Shown here piece by piece: positions 23,461 to 35,429 of a stretch of DNA of 64,000 nt. The notes below the pieces were generated by a model that saw only the letters and a list, made by a program, of their open reading frames with translations, did not search any database and was not told the origin of the DNA. Made by a program: the position numbers and the translations under genes. How positions within the stretch are numbered: position 1 is the stretch's first letter; each line of letters starts with the position of its first letter. The stretch is taken from NCBI RefSeq assembly GCF_053078305.1, contig NZ_CP166879.1; one strand, given 5' to 3'.

Positions 23461-24488
23461 AAATGCCCCTTACCTCTACTCTGATTGCTTCTGCCGTTGC
23501 GCTGGCAACCTTAACGGGTGCCGCGCAGGCAAAAGGCCGGCTGGTGGTCTATTGCAGCGCCACTAATGAAATGTGTGAGACCGAAACCAAAGAGTTTGGC
23601 GAGAAATATGATGTGAAAACCTCGTTTATCCGCAACGGCTCCGGTAGCACCCTGGCAAAAGTCGATGCTGAAAAGAAAAACCCACAGGCTGACGTCTGGT
23701 ACGGCGGCACTTTAGACCCGCAGTCGCAGGCCGGCGAGATGGGCCTGTTACAGGCATATAAATCGCCTAACCTTGAACAGATCATGGAAAAATTCCGCGA
23801 TCCGGCAAAAGTGAAAGGAAACCTTTCCTCCGCCGTTTATGTGGGGATCCTCGGGTTTGGCGTCAACACAGAGCGTCTGAAAGAGAAAAACCTGCCTGTG
23901 CCGAAGTGCTGGAAAGATCTCACCAAACCTGAATATAAAGGCGAAATTCAGATTGCCGATCCACAAAGTTCCGGTACCGCCTACACCGCGCTGGCTACCT
24001 TTGCGCAGCTGTGGGGGGAAGATCAGGCCTTTGATTATCTAAAACAACTTAACGCCAACGTCTCCCAGTACACCAAATCAGGCATTGCCCCGGCACGTAA
24101 CGCCGCCCGCGGCGAAACGGCGATTGGTATTGGTTTCCTGCATGACTACTCGCTGGAAAAAGAACAGGGCGCACCACTGGAGTTGATTTCCCCGTGTGAA
24201 GGTACGGGCTACGAAATAGGCGGCGTCAGCATTCTGAAAGGTGCGCGCAACCTCGACAACGCCAAACTGTTCGTGGACTGGGTATTATCAAAAGAAGCTC
24301 AGGAACTGGCGTGGAAGAAAGGGAAATCTTATCAGATCCTGACCAATACCACCGCCGAAACGTCGCCAAATTCGCTGAAGCTCGACGACCTGAAATTAAT
24401 CAACTACGACATGGATAACTACGGTTCAACTGATGTTCGTAAGGCATTAATTAATAAATGGGTCAGCGAAGTGAAGATGGGTAAATAA
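23457..24488 (+). CDS. afuA: AfuA/FbpA-type periplasmic substrate-binding protein
   Basis: ORF 23169-24488 over-extended; start at MKMPLTSTL (signal peptide) overlapping uhpC-like stop (ATGA); 343 aa. Confidence 0.88.
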   Translation: MKMPLTSTLIASAVALATLTGAAQAKGRLVVYCSATNEMCETETKEFGEKYDVKTSFIRNGSGSTLAKVDAEKKNPQADVWYGGTLDPQSQAGEMGLLQAYKSPNLEQIMEKFRDPAKVKGNLSSAVYVGILGFGVNTERLKEKNLPVPKCWKDLTKPEYKGEIQIADPQSSGTAYTALATFAQLWGEDQAFDYLKQLNANVSQYTKSGIAPARNAARGETAIGIGFLHDYSLEKEQGAPLELISPCEGTGYEIGGVSILKGARNLDNAKLFVDWVLSKEAQELAWKKGKSYQILTNTTAETSPNSLKLDDLKLINYDMDNYGSTDVRKALINKWVSEVKMGK

Positions 24489-24556
24489 ACCCGTATTGTG
24501 TGCACTTGCCGGGTGCAGCACAGACGCCTGCCCCGGCCAACCATACCGGAACTGCT

Positions 24557-26635
24557 ATGTCACAGACACTTGCACTCCATCCCGCGAAAAAGCGGGATGC
24601 GATTTTCCTTTGGGTTTTGCTGGGCTGGCTGGCATTTATCCTGTTGCCGAGCTGGAGCCTCGATTATGGTCTGCTGGAGTCCACGAGTGATGAGATCCTC
24701 GAGGCGTACAGCTGGTCGCATTTTAATATCAGCTGGCTGTGGTATTTACTCCCGAGTTTGCTGCTGGTTCGCCCGTTTAATGAGGCCAAACGCGAGCAGC
24801 GTAGCCGTCATTATTTTGATGCCGGCTGGGCATTGCTTTGTATAGCGTTTATGGTCATCAGTGCCACCATCGTTGGCCGCGGTCTAGGCTACGCCGCCAT
24901 CGTGCTGTTTATCGAATTAAGCGCGATAATGACGCTGGCCTTAACCCGCCTCGAATGGCTGGGTGGCGACCGCTTTGTGATCGGCTCGCTGATTGCGATT
25001 GTGGCGCTGATTGGCATTTTTATCGTCTGGCCGAGCATCGCCATTTTTATCCCGATGTTCGCCAACGACGCGGGAGAGTTCGCCCCACTGGCGTTTATGA
25101 ATGTGCTCTCGCAGGCCCATATCATTCAGGTGATCGTCAACTCTATCGTCTTATCGATAGCGGTGGGTATTGGCTGCACTTTCTTCGGTCTGGTGCTGGC
25201 GATATATACCACGCGCATCGCTAAACGCAGCGCCGTAATCGGCCGCATCTTTTCCATTCTGCCAATTGTCACGCCACCGTTTGTGGTCGGCTTAGGCGTT
25301 ACGCTCATGATGGGGCGCTCCGGCTACATAACGGAATTTATGGTGGAGTGGTTTGGGCTGACCAACACCAACTGGCTGTATGGTTTTACCGGGATCTGGC
25401 TGGCACAGGTCCTGGCATTTACGCCAATGGCTTTTATGATCCTCGATGGGGCCATTAAAACCATTCATCCCTCGCTGGAAGAAGCCTCCTACACCCTGCG
25501 CGCCAGCCGCTGGCAAACCTTTAGCGGTGTGTTTGTGCCGTTGTTAAAGCCCGCGCTTGCCAATGCCTTTTTAATCGTCGTGGTGCAGTCACTGGCTGAC
25601 TTCAGTAACCCGCTGGTGCTTGGCGGCAACTTCGACGTACTGGCGACGCAAATTTACTTCTACATTACCGGCTCGCAGCTGGATTATCAGGCCGCCAGCA
25701 CCCTTGGCGCTTTCCTGCTGCTGTTCTCGCTACTGGTGTTCTGCGTCCAGTATATGTGGATTGGTAAACGCTCTTACGTCACGGTTTCCGGAAAGTCCTA
25801 CCGCGGCGATGTCCAGCCACTACCGGTCACCCTGGTGTGTAGCGTGGTCGCCATACTTGCGATATGGATTGCCTTTAACGCCCTGCTCTATGGCAGCATT
25901 TTCTACGGCAGCTTCACCGTGAACTGGGGCGTGGACTACACCCTAACGCTGGATAACTTTATCAAGTTATTTGGTCAGGGGATGAGCGACGGCGCGTGGC
26001 CTTCACTGTTAGATACCTTGCTCTACGCCGGGATTGCCGCACCCATTACCGCTATTTTTGGCCTGCTCATCGCCTGGGTGGTGGTGCGCCAACAATTCAA
26101 AGGCAAAAAGACCATCGAGTTCACCACCATGTTGTGCTTTGCCGTACCGGGTACAGTGGCGGGTGTCTCGTATATTCTTGCCTTTAATAGCGCCCCAGTC
26201 TATCTCACCGGAACGGCAGCAATTGTGATTATCTCGATGGTGATGCGTAACGTTCCGGTGGGTATTCGCGCCGGGATTGCAGGTCTGGGGCAGATCGACA
26301 AATCGCTGGATGAAGCCTCACTTAGCCTGCGTGCAGGTTCCCTGCGAACCATTACGCACATTTTACTGCCGTTATTACGCCCAGCTATTCTCTCGGCCCT
26401 GATTTACAGCTTTGTGCGGGCTATCACGACGGTCAGCGCCATCGTCTTTCTCGTCACGCCGGACACCCGCGTGGCAACCGCCTACATCCTTAACCGCGTA
26501 GAAGACGGCGAATATGGCGTAGCCATCGCCTACGGTTCGATTCTGATCGTGGTGATGCTGGCGATTATTTTCCTCTTTGACTGGCTGATCGGTGAAGCAC
26601 GTATTTCCCGTTCTAAAGCCAAAAACCAGGCGTAA
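24557..26635 (+). CDS. afuB: AfuB ABC transporter permease (two fused permease domains)
   Basis: ORF 24500-26635; start at MSQTLALHP gives 692 aa; duplicated ABC permease domains. Confidence 0.88.
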   Translation: MSQTLALHPAKKRDAIFLWVLLGWLAFILLPSWSLDYGLLESTSDEILEAYSWSHFNISWLWYLLPSLLLVRPFNEAKREQRSRHYFDAGWALLCIAFMVISATIVGRGLGYAAIVLFIELSAIMTLALTRLEWLGGDRFVIGSLIAIVALIGIFIVWPSIAIFIPMFANDAGEFAPLAFMNVLSQAHIIQVIVNSIVLSIAVGIGCTFFGLVLAIYTTRIAKRSAVIGRIFSILPIVTPPFVVGLGVTLMMGRSGYITEFMVEWFGLTNTNWLYGFTGIWLAQVLAFTPMAFMILDGAIKTIHPSLEEASYTLRASRWQTFSGVFVPLLKPALANAFLIVVVQSLADFSNPLVLGGNFDVLATQIYFYITGSQLDYQAASTLGAFLLLFSLLVFCVQYMWIGKRSYVTVSGKSYRGDVQPLPVTLVCSVVAILAIWIAFNALLYGSIFYGSFTVNWGVDYTLTLDNFIKLFGQGMSDGAWPSLLDTLLYAGIAAPITAIFGLLIAWVVVRQQFKGKKTIEFTTMLCFAVPGTVAGVSYILAFNSAPVYLTGTAAIVIISMVMRNVPVGIRAGIAGLGQIDKSLDEASLSLRAGSLRTITHILLPLLRPAILSALIYSFVRAITTVSAIVFLVTPDTRVATAYILNRVEDGEYGVAIAYGSILIVVMLAIIFLFDWLIGEARISRSKAKNQA

Positions 26636-26646
26636 TGGAGCGCACT

Positions 26647-27693
26647 ATGAGTCAGAAAAATTTTGTGGAACTGCGCAACGTCACTAAACGATTCGGCAGT
26701 AATATGGTTATCGACAATATCAATCTCACCATCCCACAAGGGCAAATGGTGACGCTGCTCGGTCCTTCCGGATGCGGCAAAACCACCATTCTGCGTCTGG
26801 TTGCCGGGCTGGAAAAACCGAGCGAAGGGCAAATTTTTATAGATGGCGAAGATGTCACGCATCGTTCCATTCAGCAACGCGATATCTGCATGGTGTTTCA
26901 GTCATACGCTCTGTTCCCACATATGTCGCTGGGCGAAAACGTTGGCTATGGGCTGAAAATGCTTGGCGTGTCGCGTAATGAAGTGAAGCAGCGGGTGAAA
27001 GATGCGCTGGCAATGGTGGATCTGGAAGGATTCGAAGACCGCTATGTCGATCAGATTTCCGGCGGTCAGCAACAGCGTGTGGCTCTGGCCCGTGCGTTGA
27101 TCCTCAAGCCAAAGGTGCTGCTGTTTGATGAGCCGTTAAGTAACCTCGATGCCAACCTGCGCCGCAGTATGCGCGATAAGATCCGCGAGCTGCAAAAGCA
27201 GTTTAATATCACGTCGCTCTACGTGACTCACGATCAAAGTGAAGCTTTCGCGGTGTCCGACACTGTACTGGTGATGAATAAAGGTCACATCATGCAGATC
27301 GGTTCACCGCAGGAGCTCTATCGTCAGCCCGCCTCCCGCTTTATGGCAAGTTTTATGGGCGACGCCAACCTGTTCCCGGCGAACTTTAGCGAAGAGTATG
27401 TCGATATCTACGGTTATCGCCTGCCGCGCGCGGCGTATTTCCCGGTGCAAGGTAGAGGCACCGTCGGCGTTCGCCCGGAAGCCATCACCTTAAGCAATCA
27501 CGGCGAAGAGAGTCAGCGTTGTGTTATTCGCCATGTCGCTTACATGGGGCCGCAGTACGAAGTGACCGTAGAATGGCATGGTCAGGAGATTTTATTGCAA
27601 GTCAACGCCACTCGTTTACAGCCCGATACTGGTGAGCACTATTACCTCGAAATCCATCCTTACGGGATGTTTGTTTTAGCGGATTCGGCATAA
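26647..27693 (+). CDS. afuC: AfuC ABC transporter ATP-binding protein
   Basis: ORF 26635-27693; start at MSQKNFVEL (348 aa); Walker [10 protein letters not shown], signature LSGGQQQR, Walker B LLFDEP. Confidence 0.9.
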   Translation: MSQKNFVELRNVTKRFGSNMVIDNINLTIPQGQMVTLLGPSGCGKTTILRLVAGLEKPSEGQIFIDGEDVTHRSIQQRDICMVFQSYALFPHMSLGENVGYGLKMLGVSRNEVKQRVKDALAMVDLEGFEDRYVDQISGGQQQRVALARALILKPKVLLFDEPLSNLDANLRRSMRDKIRELQKQFNITSLYVTHDQSEAFAVSDTVLVMNKGHIMQIGSPQELYRQPASRFMASFMGDANLFPANFSEEYVDIYGYRLPRAAYFPVQGRGTVGVRPEAITLSNHGEESQRCVIRHVAYMGPQYEVTVEWHGQEILLQVNATRLQPDTGEHYYLEIHPYGMFVLADSA

Positions 27694-27725
27694 AAATAGC
27701 GCATAAAAGGTCCCCTCCAGCTCAG

Positions 27726-27744
27726 CTGTCTCTTATACACAAAT
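27726..27744. repeat. 19-bp sequence resembling an IS50/Tn5-type terminal inverted repeat (solo)
   Basis: CTGTCTCTTATACACAAAT matches the IS50 outside end / mosaic end at 17 of 19 positions; no partner end found in window. Confidence 0.35.
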
Positions 27745-28477
27745 AACCAGCCGGAGATTTGTGATGTCTGTCAGCCTGCTTTAGGGGGGACTCTTTCCAT
27801 CCGGTCACCCGCAGCCATTTTTTGAACTTTTCTTCACCCGTTGCTCTTCTCTTATATTTCATTTTCTTGTAAGCGCCCCATCAGCGACGTCTTGTGAAAA
27901 TTGTCCTGTCTGGCAACAATCGCGCCCATCTATATTGATGGGCTCGAACGATGAACTCTCAAACAACACTAGATATCACCGGCTTTCGCACTTATTTTCC
28001 AGACGCATTACGTCTCAGATTTGACGAGCAATTATCTGTCCGGGCAATCGCACAGCAGTTAAGACTCAGTTATTCCCCCATTCACAATCTCTTTCAACGA
28101 ATTAACGCCTCAGGTATTGTCTGACTATGACCCGAGTCCCTTTCATTCGCCCAACCGATACCATACTTTATGCCAACAGAAAGAATGAATGAACCGCGCC
28201 TAAAATCAGTGAAGACACATGGCACAAAGCGCGACATGTCTCACATTTAACCCCTGAGGGGGCAACAAGTATAAAACCGTTTTTTGATTAAGTGGTCGGA
28301 TATGAAAAAGGGAAGGTTTATGTGAAAAATACCTGTGTTTTCTTTGAAAACACACAACAGTATCAGGTTATTTATGTTTATACAGGGCGTTCCAAACTGA
28401 CCTGAATAATTACGCAAGTTGCAACAATAAAAACATTTTTGCCGTAGTGTGAGGTACTCCGGTAAATTGCTTTCCAG

Positions 28478-28675
28478 GTGCAGACAATGACTAACGAAGA
28501 ACTACAGGCAATCGCATTATCCATGCTTGAGCGCCAGCGCGAAAAAGTACACCAGCAACGAGAGTCTTTGCTTAACCCATCTCCATTCACCAGGCCAAAA
28601 CGATTGGAGCTTGAAGCATTCTTGGACAAATACCCACGGCGGCTTAAATCAGGCAAAACCAGACCACCAGGCTGA
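28478..28675 (+). CDS. Hypothetical small protein (weak call)
   Basis: 65-aa ORF in degraded AT-rich region; no recognisable motif. Confidence 0.2.
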   Translation: MQTMTNEELQAIALSMLERQREKVHQQRESLLNPSPFTRPKRLELEAFLDKYPRRLKSGKTRPPG

Positions 28676-29002
28676 TAGCTCACAGTTTGTTCTCCTATTC
28701 AATAAAGCGGATAAGAACCATCAGCGCGGTAGCGTAAGGCATTACTGCGCATTGCTTTACGAGTAATAACAATGGATTTATCACCAGAAGACGCAAAGTT
28801 TTTACGAGAACTGCAACACCGTATGCTCTGAGAAGCCATTATCGAACAGCAAACGGGCATGAGCGCCATAGACCCATTGCGATAAAAACGGGCCTCATCT
28901 CCTTTAGTTGACGACAATTCCAATGCGGATAAAACACGTCCACCACACTGATTACATTTTTCATTAGCACAGTGGTGTAATGCAGCATACGAGGAAAACC
29001 GG

Positions 29003-29197
29003 ATGAATGAGAACAGAATAAAAAGGCTGGAGCAACTGTTACAGGCACGCCAACGGGAGTTTGCCACTAAATGGGGACGTGCCGCGTTGCCACATGAACG
29101 CCTAACCTATTTTCCACTTGAAGACCTCATTAAAAATAATGGCAAAAAAATCAGGCCTGATAAGAAACACTTTTTAGAATGCAATGAAGACAAATAA
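29003..29197 (+). CDS. Hypothetical small protein (weak call)
   Basis: 64-aa ORF preceded by GAGGA ribosome-binding-like motif; no recognisable family. Confidence 0.3.
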   Translation: MNENRIKRLEQLLQARQREFATKWGRAALPHERLTYFPLEDLIKNNGKKIRPDKKHFLECNEDK

Positions 29198-29299
29198 CAA
29201 CAATCTGCATATTGCCACCAACCACAGATGTGGCATCGTTATCAGCGCGCTTGATTTTCTTTATATCCACTGACGAGCTTACCGGGGCACCTTTGTTTG

Positions 29300-29900
29300 C
29301 CGGTCATTCTGGTATCATGCAGATATTTACGGCGTACAAGCCCACTAGCATGACATTGTAATAAGGCCTGAGCCTAACGCTTTAATGTGTGTCATACACT
29401 CAGTGGCGTAATCGTTGACAATATGGTGCATGTAATCGTAAGTGTCCAGCGAAATCCATCTGGTCATAATCTGAAGCATCCGACAAAGTGGTGTCCACCA
29501 AATAAGTGATCTGCGCCCAATATCCTGAGCCGGAACTTTGACGAAGGCCAACGAAAAATGGGGGCGGATGTTACAGAGTTCTCGGTACAGGGGAAAAGTG
29601 GTACCTGTCGCCAGTTCTCCGATCTGTTTAACCGGGAAATTATCTCCTACAGCTTGTCAGAAAGGTCGGTGATGGAGCATCGTTAATACGATTCTGTACG
29701 ATGCATTCACAGTGCCCGGCCAGAGGATGCCCCGTCGCTGCATACGGATCAGGGTTGGCAATATCGAATCGCAGGCTATAGGCAAAGTTAAAAGCCCCAT
29801 GGAGTAACACAAAATATGCCGCACAAAGGAAACGGTCTGAATAACGCAGTGATGGAGAACTTCTTCGGCACACAGCTAAAGCGCATAGTGATCGAGCGCT
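29300..29900 (+). pseudogene. IS3-family transposase OrfB remnant (multiple frameshifts/stops)
   Basis: Frameshifted plus-strand translation gives PNILSRNF...ADVTEF, ...HTDQGWQY... and ...GNGLNNAVMENFFGT..., matching the IS3-family DDE-region consensus. Confidence 0.6.
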
Positions 29901-30744
29901 GATTCTGGCGAACAACTGAACTAACACATCAGAATCTGCATTATGTTAAATAAATATGAAAAGATGGTTTAAATACCCCGTTACTTTTGACTTACACTAT
30001 ACGGTATCGCTCGTTTAATATTCGCACCGGCCAGATTTTTATTTCTATTAGTTGTCACAATACTGAATGCGTACGACCACAGTATTCTGGCTCCTGTGTG
30101 GTCATGCTTTAATTCTGCGTTCCGGGCAGATAAGCAGTTGCTTGCAGGAATCCTTCTTGTGTTAATATCAGTTCCCCTTTTTACCAGTGCTGATTTCCAC
30201 ATTCCGTCCAACAGAGCTTATAGCCTTTCCCTGGATTATAGCATTGTCCGGCTGAAGTTCTTTTTGAATAATAATAGAAGCACTGCTGGCAGATCCAGTC
30301 CGTTTTTCATAACCAACTGTACTGATAACCATAATCTAATCAGTAGAAATTGAGTCGAAAATAAGCACTACTCCATACAGGATAATTAGAGGTCAGTTTG
30401 ATTATTCACAATTCATCATCAGCATTTTCTGTTTCTGACGAAATCAACATGAAAAGAACCATATATGATAATTATTATAATAACGGCTTTAATTGGAATA
30501 CATATATTACAACGTATTATATATAATTGGTATTCTGGGAACTATATTCTCAAAATACAGTAGAAACGAGGTATGTTTCTGGTGGAAAGGACAGTGGGAT
30601 TAAAAAGTAAGAATTGATAAAAAAAACGCCAGCAACACATAGTGCCGACGGAGGGAATACCCCATGGAGAAAATGTGATGCCTAGAGCATCATGAATATA
30701 TAATTAAAAATAGTTGGCGTTGTCAATACTTTCACAAAAATAAT

Positions 30745-30808
30745 TTTCGTAGTTTCGTAGTTTCGTAGTTTCGTAGTTTCGTAGTTTCGTAGTTTCGTAG
30801 TTTCGTAG
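30745..30808. repeat. Perfect tandem repeat (TTTCGTAG) x 8
   Basis: Eight head-to-tail copies of an 8-bp unit, directly visible in sequence. Confidence 0.95.
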
Positions 30809-32692
30809 TATAGAAAGATATTTTTATGCATGACCTACCTGAATTTGCTCCGGGTAGAGGTTATAAATAAAAATTGAATCACGACAAACACAATATTCAT
30901 AGTGTGGCGATGCCTACGCCAGCAAAAATAGCGCCAATAATGTTGGGAATATAATAGACACCAGACACACAGGCATCTCACTCCTTAACAAACAATAATC
31001 ATGATGTTTACTTTTACTTCACTAACTGTTTGCGCCTAAAGTGCGCACACTTAACCATTCAATAACAAATGGCAATATCCATAGCCATACGACTTTACCT
31101 TGTAATGTTCGGTATTTCTTTATAATTATTCTGGGAAATCTATCATTTATTTTTAAAATCAAATTATCTTGTTGTTTAAAAATAAGTTCACATACTTTAT
31201 CATCTTCTTCCACCATCAACATCTCTGCACACTTAAACATTTCAGAACATTCCTTTAGCACAGAAGAGTGATTATATGTCCAGTTCCCAGGCAATAATGC
31301 TTATGGATATTTAATTCATAATTTAGAGAATATTTTGTAATAATATTTGGCAGTATTCAGAAATACCTGAAAAATCATACTATACAGCCCCAGGGAATAG
31401 ATGAAGATTCTAAAAAAGCATTTCAACAATATATGCTTGTTAAAAATCCATATCGAAATGCCGTTGCAGCATTAATATATGCCTCATTCATAAAATGTAA
31501 AAGAGCAAGCTCGTACCAGTAGGGGGAAAATTCATTGATATGTCCTGTCAATACGTACAGAGCCCTGTCATGCTTGCCAGCACGTAACAATTCCGTCCCC
31601 AGTAACCAGCGTGTCCCCTGATTATTCTCAGGGTTATATGTTAGTATTTTATCAATGAGTATAACGGCATCCTGATGACGCTGTAAATGAACATTCGCCA
31701 GAATTGCAGCATAAAGAGCGCAAATGCATATGCCAGATAAGCGTGAATATCAATGATGTCAGGAGCATGTCAGGCAAGACGCCTGAGTTTGTTGACGTAA
31801 TTTGTTTCGTTTATTTCATCACTATCGTATGCGTCAAGAGTTTTTTCAAACTCATCCCGAAATGAGCCAAGCCTGGTTTCAGGAAATAAGAAATACCCCT
31901 GGTTATTGTTCACTTAAAAGTATAATTTGTAATTCAAATCCTGAGCCTGTAAAACGGGGAGTAACATATTCTACTCTGAAGAGAATAAAAGTCGTGATGC
32001 GATGTATCAAGCCCGGATTGTAATCCCAGATTAACATAGATCACAAAACAACTTATTCTTCACTAACGTCAAGATAAATATCGTTGTATGCCCTATCACG
32101 ACTACGAATACCAGCAAGATACAACTGACATACGGAAAGATACCACGTTTTTTACTCCCGAAAATAACGCTAAAAAGCTACTTCCCCATCGTTTGTCCTT
32201 AGTATTGTCAGCGCCAACAATGTGGGCTGGCATGATAAAGCTGTCTAGGAAATCGTTCACCTCCTCAGCGGACAATCCAAATGGTGATTGTCTCTGTTAA
32301 ACGTTTATTTTGAAGGTCGACTGAATAAGGTGATGACGCTGTAGAATTTTTCACGTGACACAGAATTTTGAACGCTTTCTCTTACAATATTTCAATGTTT
32401 CTATCAGTATTCGCCGGAAGAAGTCATCGACCAAATCATCCCAGTCGTCTCGCACCACTGACCATTCATGGTTGACATGTGGTGGAAATCCGCTTCTACA
32501 GAAACCATTTTTTATTCGCAAAACCGAACACGCCATACGGATAGCTGTTAACTGGCATGCCGAGGCAGTCGTTATTTATATTTAGTTTTGTCAATAATCT
32601 TTATTTTTTGTAAAAGGTAAATATAAATTATTCTCATTATTGTTTGTATTTGTGTATTGTCTTGCCGGTTAACATGATCGGAGATTAGTAAT

Positions 32693-34783
32693 ATGCGAAT
32701 AACCACTCTGGCTTCCGTAGTCATTCCCTGTCTCGGATTTTCAGCCAGCAGCATAGCTGCTGCAGAGGATGTGATGATTGTCTCGGCATCCGGCTATGAG
32801 AAAAAGCTGACTAACGCAGCCGCCAGTGTTTCTGTGATTAGCCAGGAGGAATTGCAGTCCAGCCAGTACCACGATCTGGCGGAGGCTCTGAGATCAGTAG
32901 AGGGTGTGGATGTTGAAAGTGGTACGGGTAAAACCGGTGGGCTGGAAATCAGCATCCGAGGAATGCCAGCCAGTTACACGCTGATACTGATTGATGGTGT
33001 TCGTCAGGGCGGAAGCAGTGACGTGACTCCCAACGGTTTTTCTGCCATGAATACCGGGTTCATGCCCCCTCTGGCCGCCATTGAGCGTATTGAGGTTATC
33101 AGGGGGCCGATGTCCACACTGTATGGCTCTGATGCGATGGGCGGTGTGGTGAATATCATTACCAGAAAGAATGCAGACAAATGGCTCTCTTCCGTCAATG
33201 CAGGGCTGAATCTGCAGGAAAGCAACAAATGGGGTAACAGCAGCCAGTTTAATTTCTGGAGCAGTGGTCCCCTTGTGGATGATTCTGTCAGCCTGCAGGT
33301 ACGCGGTAGCACACAACAGCGTCAGGGCTCATCGGTCACATCACTGAGCGATACAGCAGCCACGCGTATTCCTTATCCCACGGAGTCACAGAATTATAAT
33401 CTTGGTGCACGTCTTGACTGGAAGGTGTCGGAGCAGGATGTGCTCTGGTTTGATATGGATACCACCCGGCAGCGTTATGATAACCGGGATGGGCAACTGG
33501 GGAGTCTGACGGGGGGATATGACCGGACCCTGCGCTATGAGCGAAACAAAATTTCAGCTGGCTATGATCATACTTTCACCTTCGGAACATGGAAATCGTA
33601 TCTGAACTGGAACGAGACAGAAAATAAAGGTCGTGAGCTCGTACGCAGTGTACTGAAGCGCGACAAATGGGGGCTTGCCGGTCAGCCGCGGGAGCTTAAG
33701 GAATCGAACCTTATCCTGAATTCATTACTGCTTACCCCTCTGGGAGAATCTCATCTGGTTACGGTGGGGGGCGAGTTTCAGAGCTCGTCCATGAAAGACG
33801 GAGTTGTCCTTGCCAGCACAGGTGAAACTTTCCGGCAGAAAAGCTGGTCGGTATTTGCTGAGGATGAGTGGCATCTCACGGATGCACTTGCGCTGACTGC
33901 GGGCAGCCGCTATGAACATCATGAGCAATTCGGGGGACACTTCAGTCCGCGTGCATATCTGGTCTGGGATGTGGCAGATGCCTGGACGCTGAAAGGCGGT
34001 GTGACCACGGGATATAAGGCACCCAGAATGGGGCAGCTACATAAAGGGATTAGTGGTGTGTCCGGGCAGGGAAAAACAAATCTACTTGGTAACCCCGACC
34101 TGAAGCCGGAAGAGAGCGTCAGTTATGAGGCTGGGGTGTATTACGATAACCCCGCCGGTCTGAATGCCAATGTCACAGGTTTTATGACTGACTTCTCCAA
34201 CAAGATTGTCTCTTATTCCATAAATGATAACACCAATAGCTATGTAAACAGCGGAAAGGCCCGGTTGCACGGTGTGGAATTTGCCGGCACATTGCCGCTG
34301 TGGTCAGAGGATGTCACGCTGTCACTGAATTACACCTGGACCCGAAGTGAACAACGTGATGGTGATAACAAAGGTGCGCCGCTGAGTTATACCCCTGAAC
34401 ACATGGTGAATGCGAAACTGAACTGGCAGATCACCGAAGAGGTGGCATCATGGCTGGGTGCCCGTTATCGCGGGAAAACACCACGTTTCACCCAGAATTA
34501 TTCGTCACTGAGCGCTGTACAGAAGAAAGTGTATGATGAGAAAGGAGAATACCTGAAAGCCTGGACGGTGGTGGATGCAGGTCTGTCGTGGAAGATGACG
34601 GATGCCCTGACGCTGAATGCTGCGGTGAATAACCTGCTCAACAAGGATTACAGTGACGTGAGCCTGTTCAGTGCCGGTAAGAGTACGCTGTATGCCGGTG
34701 ATTACTTCCAGACGGGATCATCAACAACGGGATATGTGATACCTGAGCGAAATTACTGGATGTCGCTGAACTATCAGTTCTGA
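32693..34783 (+). CDS. iha: TonB-dependent outer-membrane receptor, Iha-like (IrgA homologue adhesin / siderophore receptor)
   Basis: 696-aa ORF; signal peptide, TonB box (DVMIVSAS), plug domain and C-terminal aromatic beta-barrel terminus (NYQF); length and sequence recalled as Iha. Confidence 0.7.
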   Translation: MRITTLASVVIPCLGFSASSIAAAEDVMIVSASGYEKKLTNAAASVSVISQEELQSSQYHDLAEALRSVEGVDVESGTGKTGGLEISIRGMPASYTLILIDGVRQGGSSDVTPNGFSAMNTGFMPPLAAIERIEVIRGPMSTLYGSDAMGGVVNIITRKNADKWLSSVNAGLNLQESNKWGNSSQFNFWSSGPLVDDSVSLQVRGSTQQRQGSSVTSLSDTAATRIPYPTESQNYNLGARLDWKVSEQDVLWFDMDTTRQRYDNRDGQLGSLTGGYDRTLRYERNKISAGYDHTFTFGTWKSYLNWNETENKGRELVRSVLKRDKWGLAGQPRELKESNLILNSLLLTPLGESHLVTVGGEFQSSSMKDGVVLASTGETFRQKSWSVFAEDEWHLTDALALTAGSRYEHHEQFGGHFSPRAYLVWDVADAWTLKGGVTTGYKAPRMGQLHKGISGVSGQGKTNLLGNPDLKPEESVSYEAGVYYDNPAGLNANVTGFMTDFSNKIVSYSINDNTNSYVNSGKARLHGVEFAGTLPLWSEDVTLSLNYTWTRSEQRDGDNKGAPLSYTPEHMVNAKLNWQITEEVASWLGARYRGKTPRFTQNYSSLSAVQKKVYDEKGEYLKAWTVVDAGLSWKMTDALTLNAAVNNLLNKDYSDVSLFSAGKSTLYAGDYFQTGSSTTGYVIPERNYWMSLNYQF

Positions 34784-35429
34784 TAATAACAAAACGCTAT
34801 CACTGACGGTAGAATACGTTGCCACTGCAACTCCTGGCGGAACAGTGGCAACGTATTAGGTTAAGTGCATTTCCGATCCGCTAATGAGATTTCGTTACCA
34901 ACAACTAATATCGTCACAGGAAATGCACGGATTATTTTTAACTTATCATTTACATACTTGTCCAGAGTGTAAGCGCACCGTGAAGGACGAGGGGTAAAAA
35001 TTAGTTTACAGAGAGAGTGACGTTCCAGGGCAACAACTCTTTCATGCGGTTGGCAGGCCAGGTGTTGATTACACTGATCACGTGGCGTAGCCACGTTTCC
35101 GGCTCGATTCCGTTAAGTTTTGCAGCTACCGATCAGGCTGTACATCACTGCCGCACTATCGCTCGTCATCTCAAAGTCCGGTCTCGTCAGCAGGAAGGTA
35201 TCATTCTCTCCCGCCATTTTTCCGGAAGCCCGGTCAGATAAGTCCCTTTGTCTATCGCTGACTCCTGGCTCATAACCCGGTTAGCAGAATGCAGGGTCAC
35301 CACCTCGCCACGACCGAATCCGGATAAGTCAATTGCACCTTCTCAATCGCCATTTTGTCACAATTAAGTTTGATAAAGCAGGTCACTGAGGTGTACTGGC
35401 AATAGCGGACACTACCATTTGTTCTTTTT

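Noticed and set aside
30745-30808. Possible CRISPR array
   Set aside because: Repeat unit is only 8 bp with no spacers; this is a simple tandem repeat, not CRISPR.
34861-35241. Two overlapping short ORFs between iha and IS600
   Set aside because: No motif or coding signal; mutually overlapping on opposite strands; probably non-coding or a decayed remnant.
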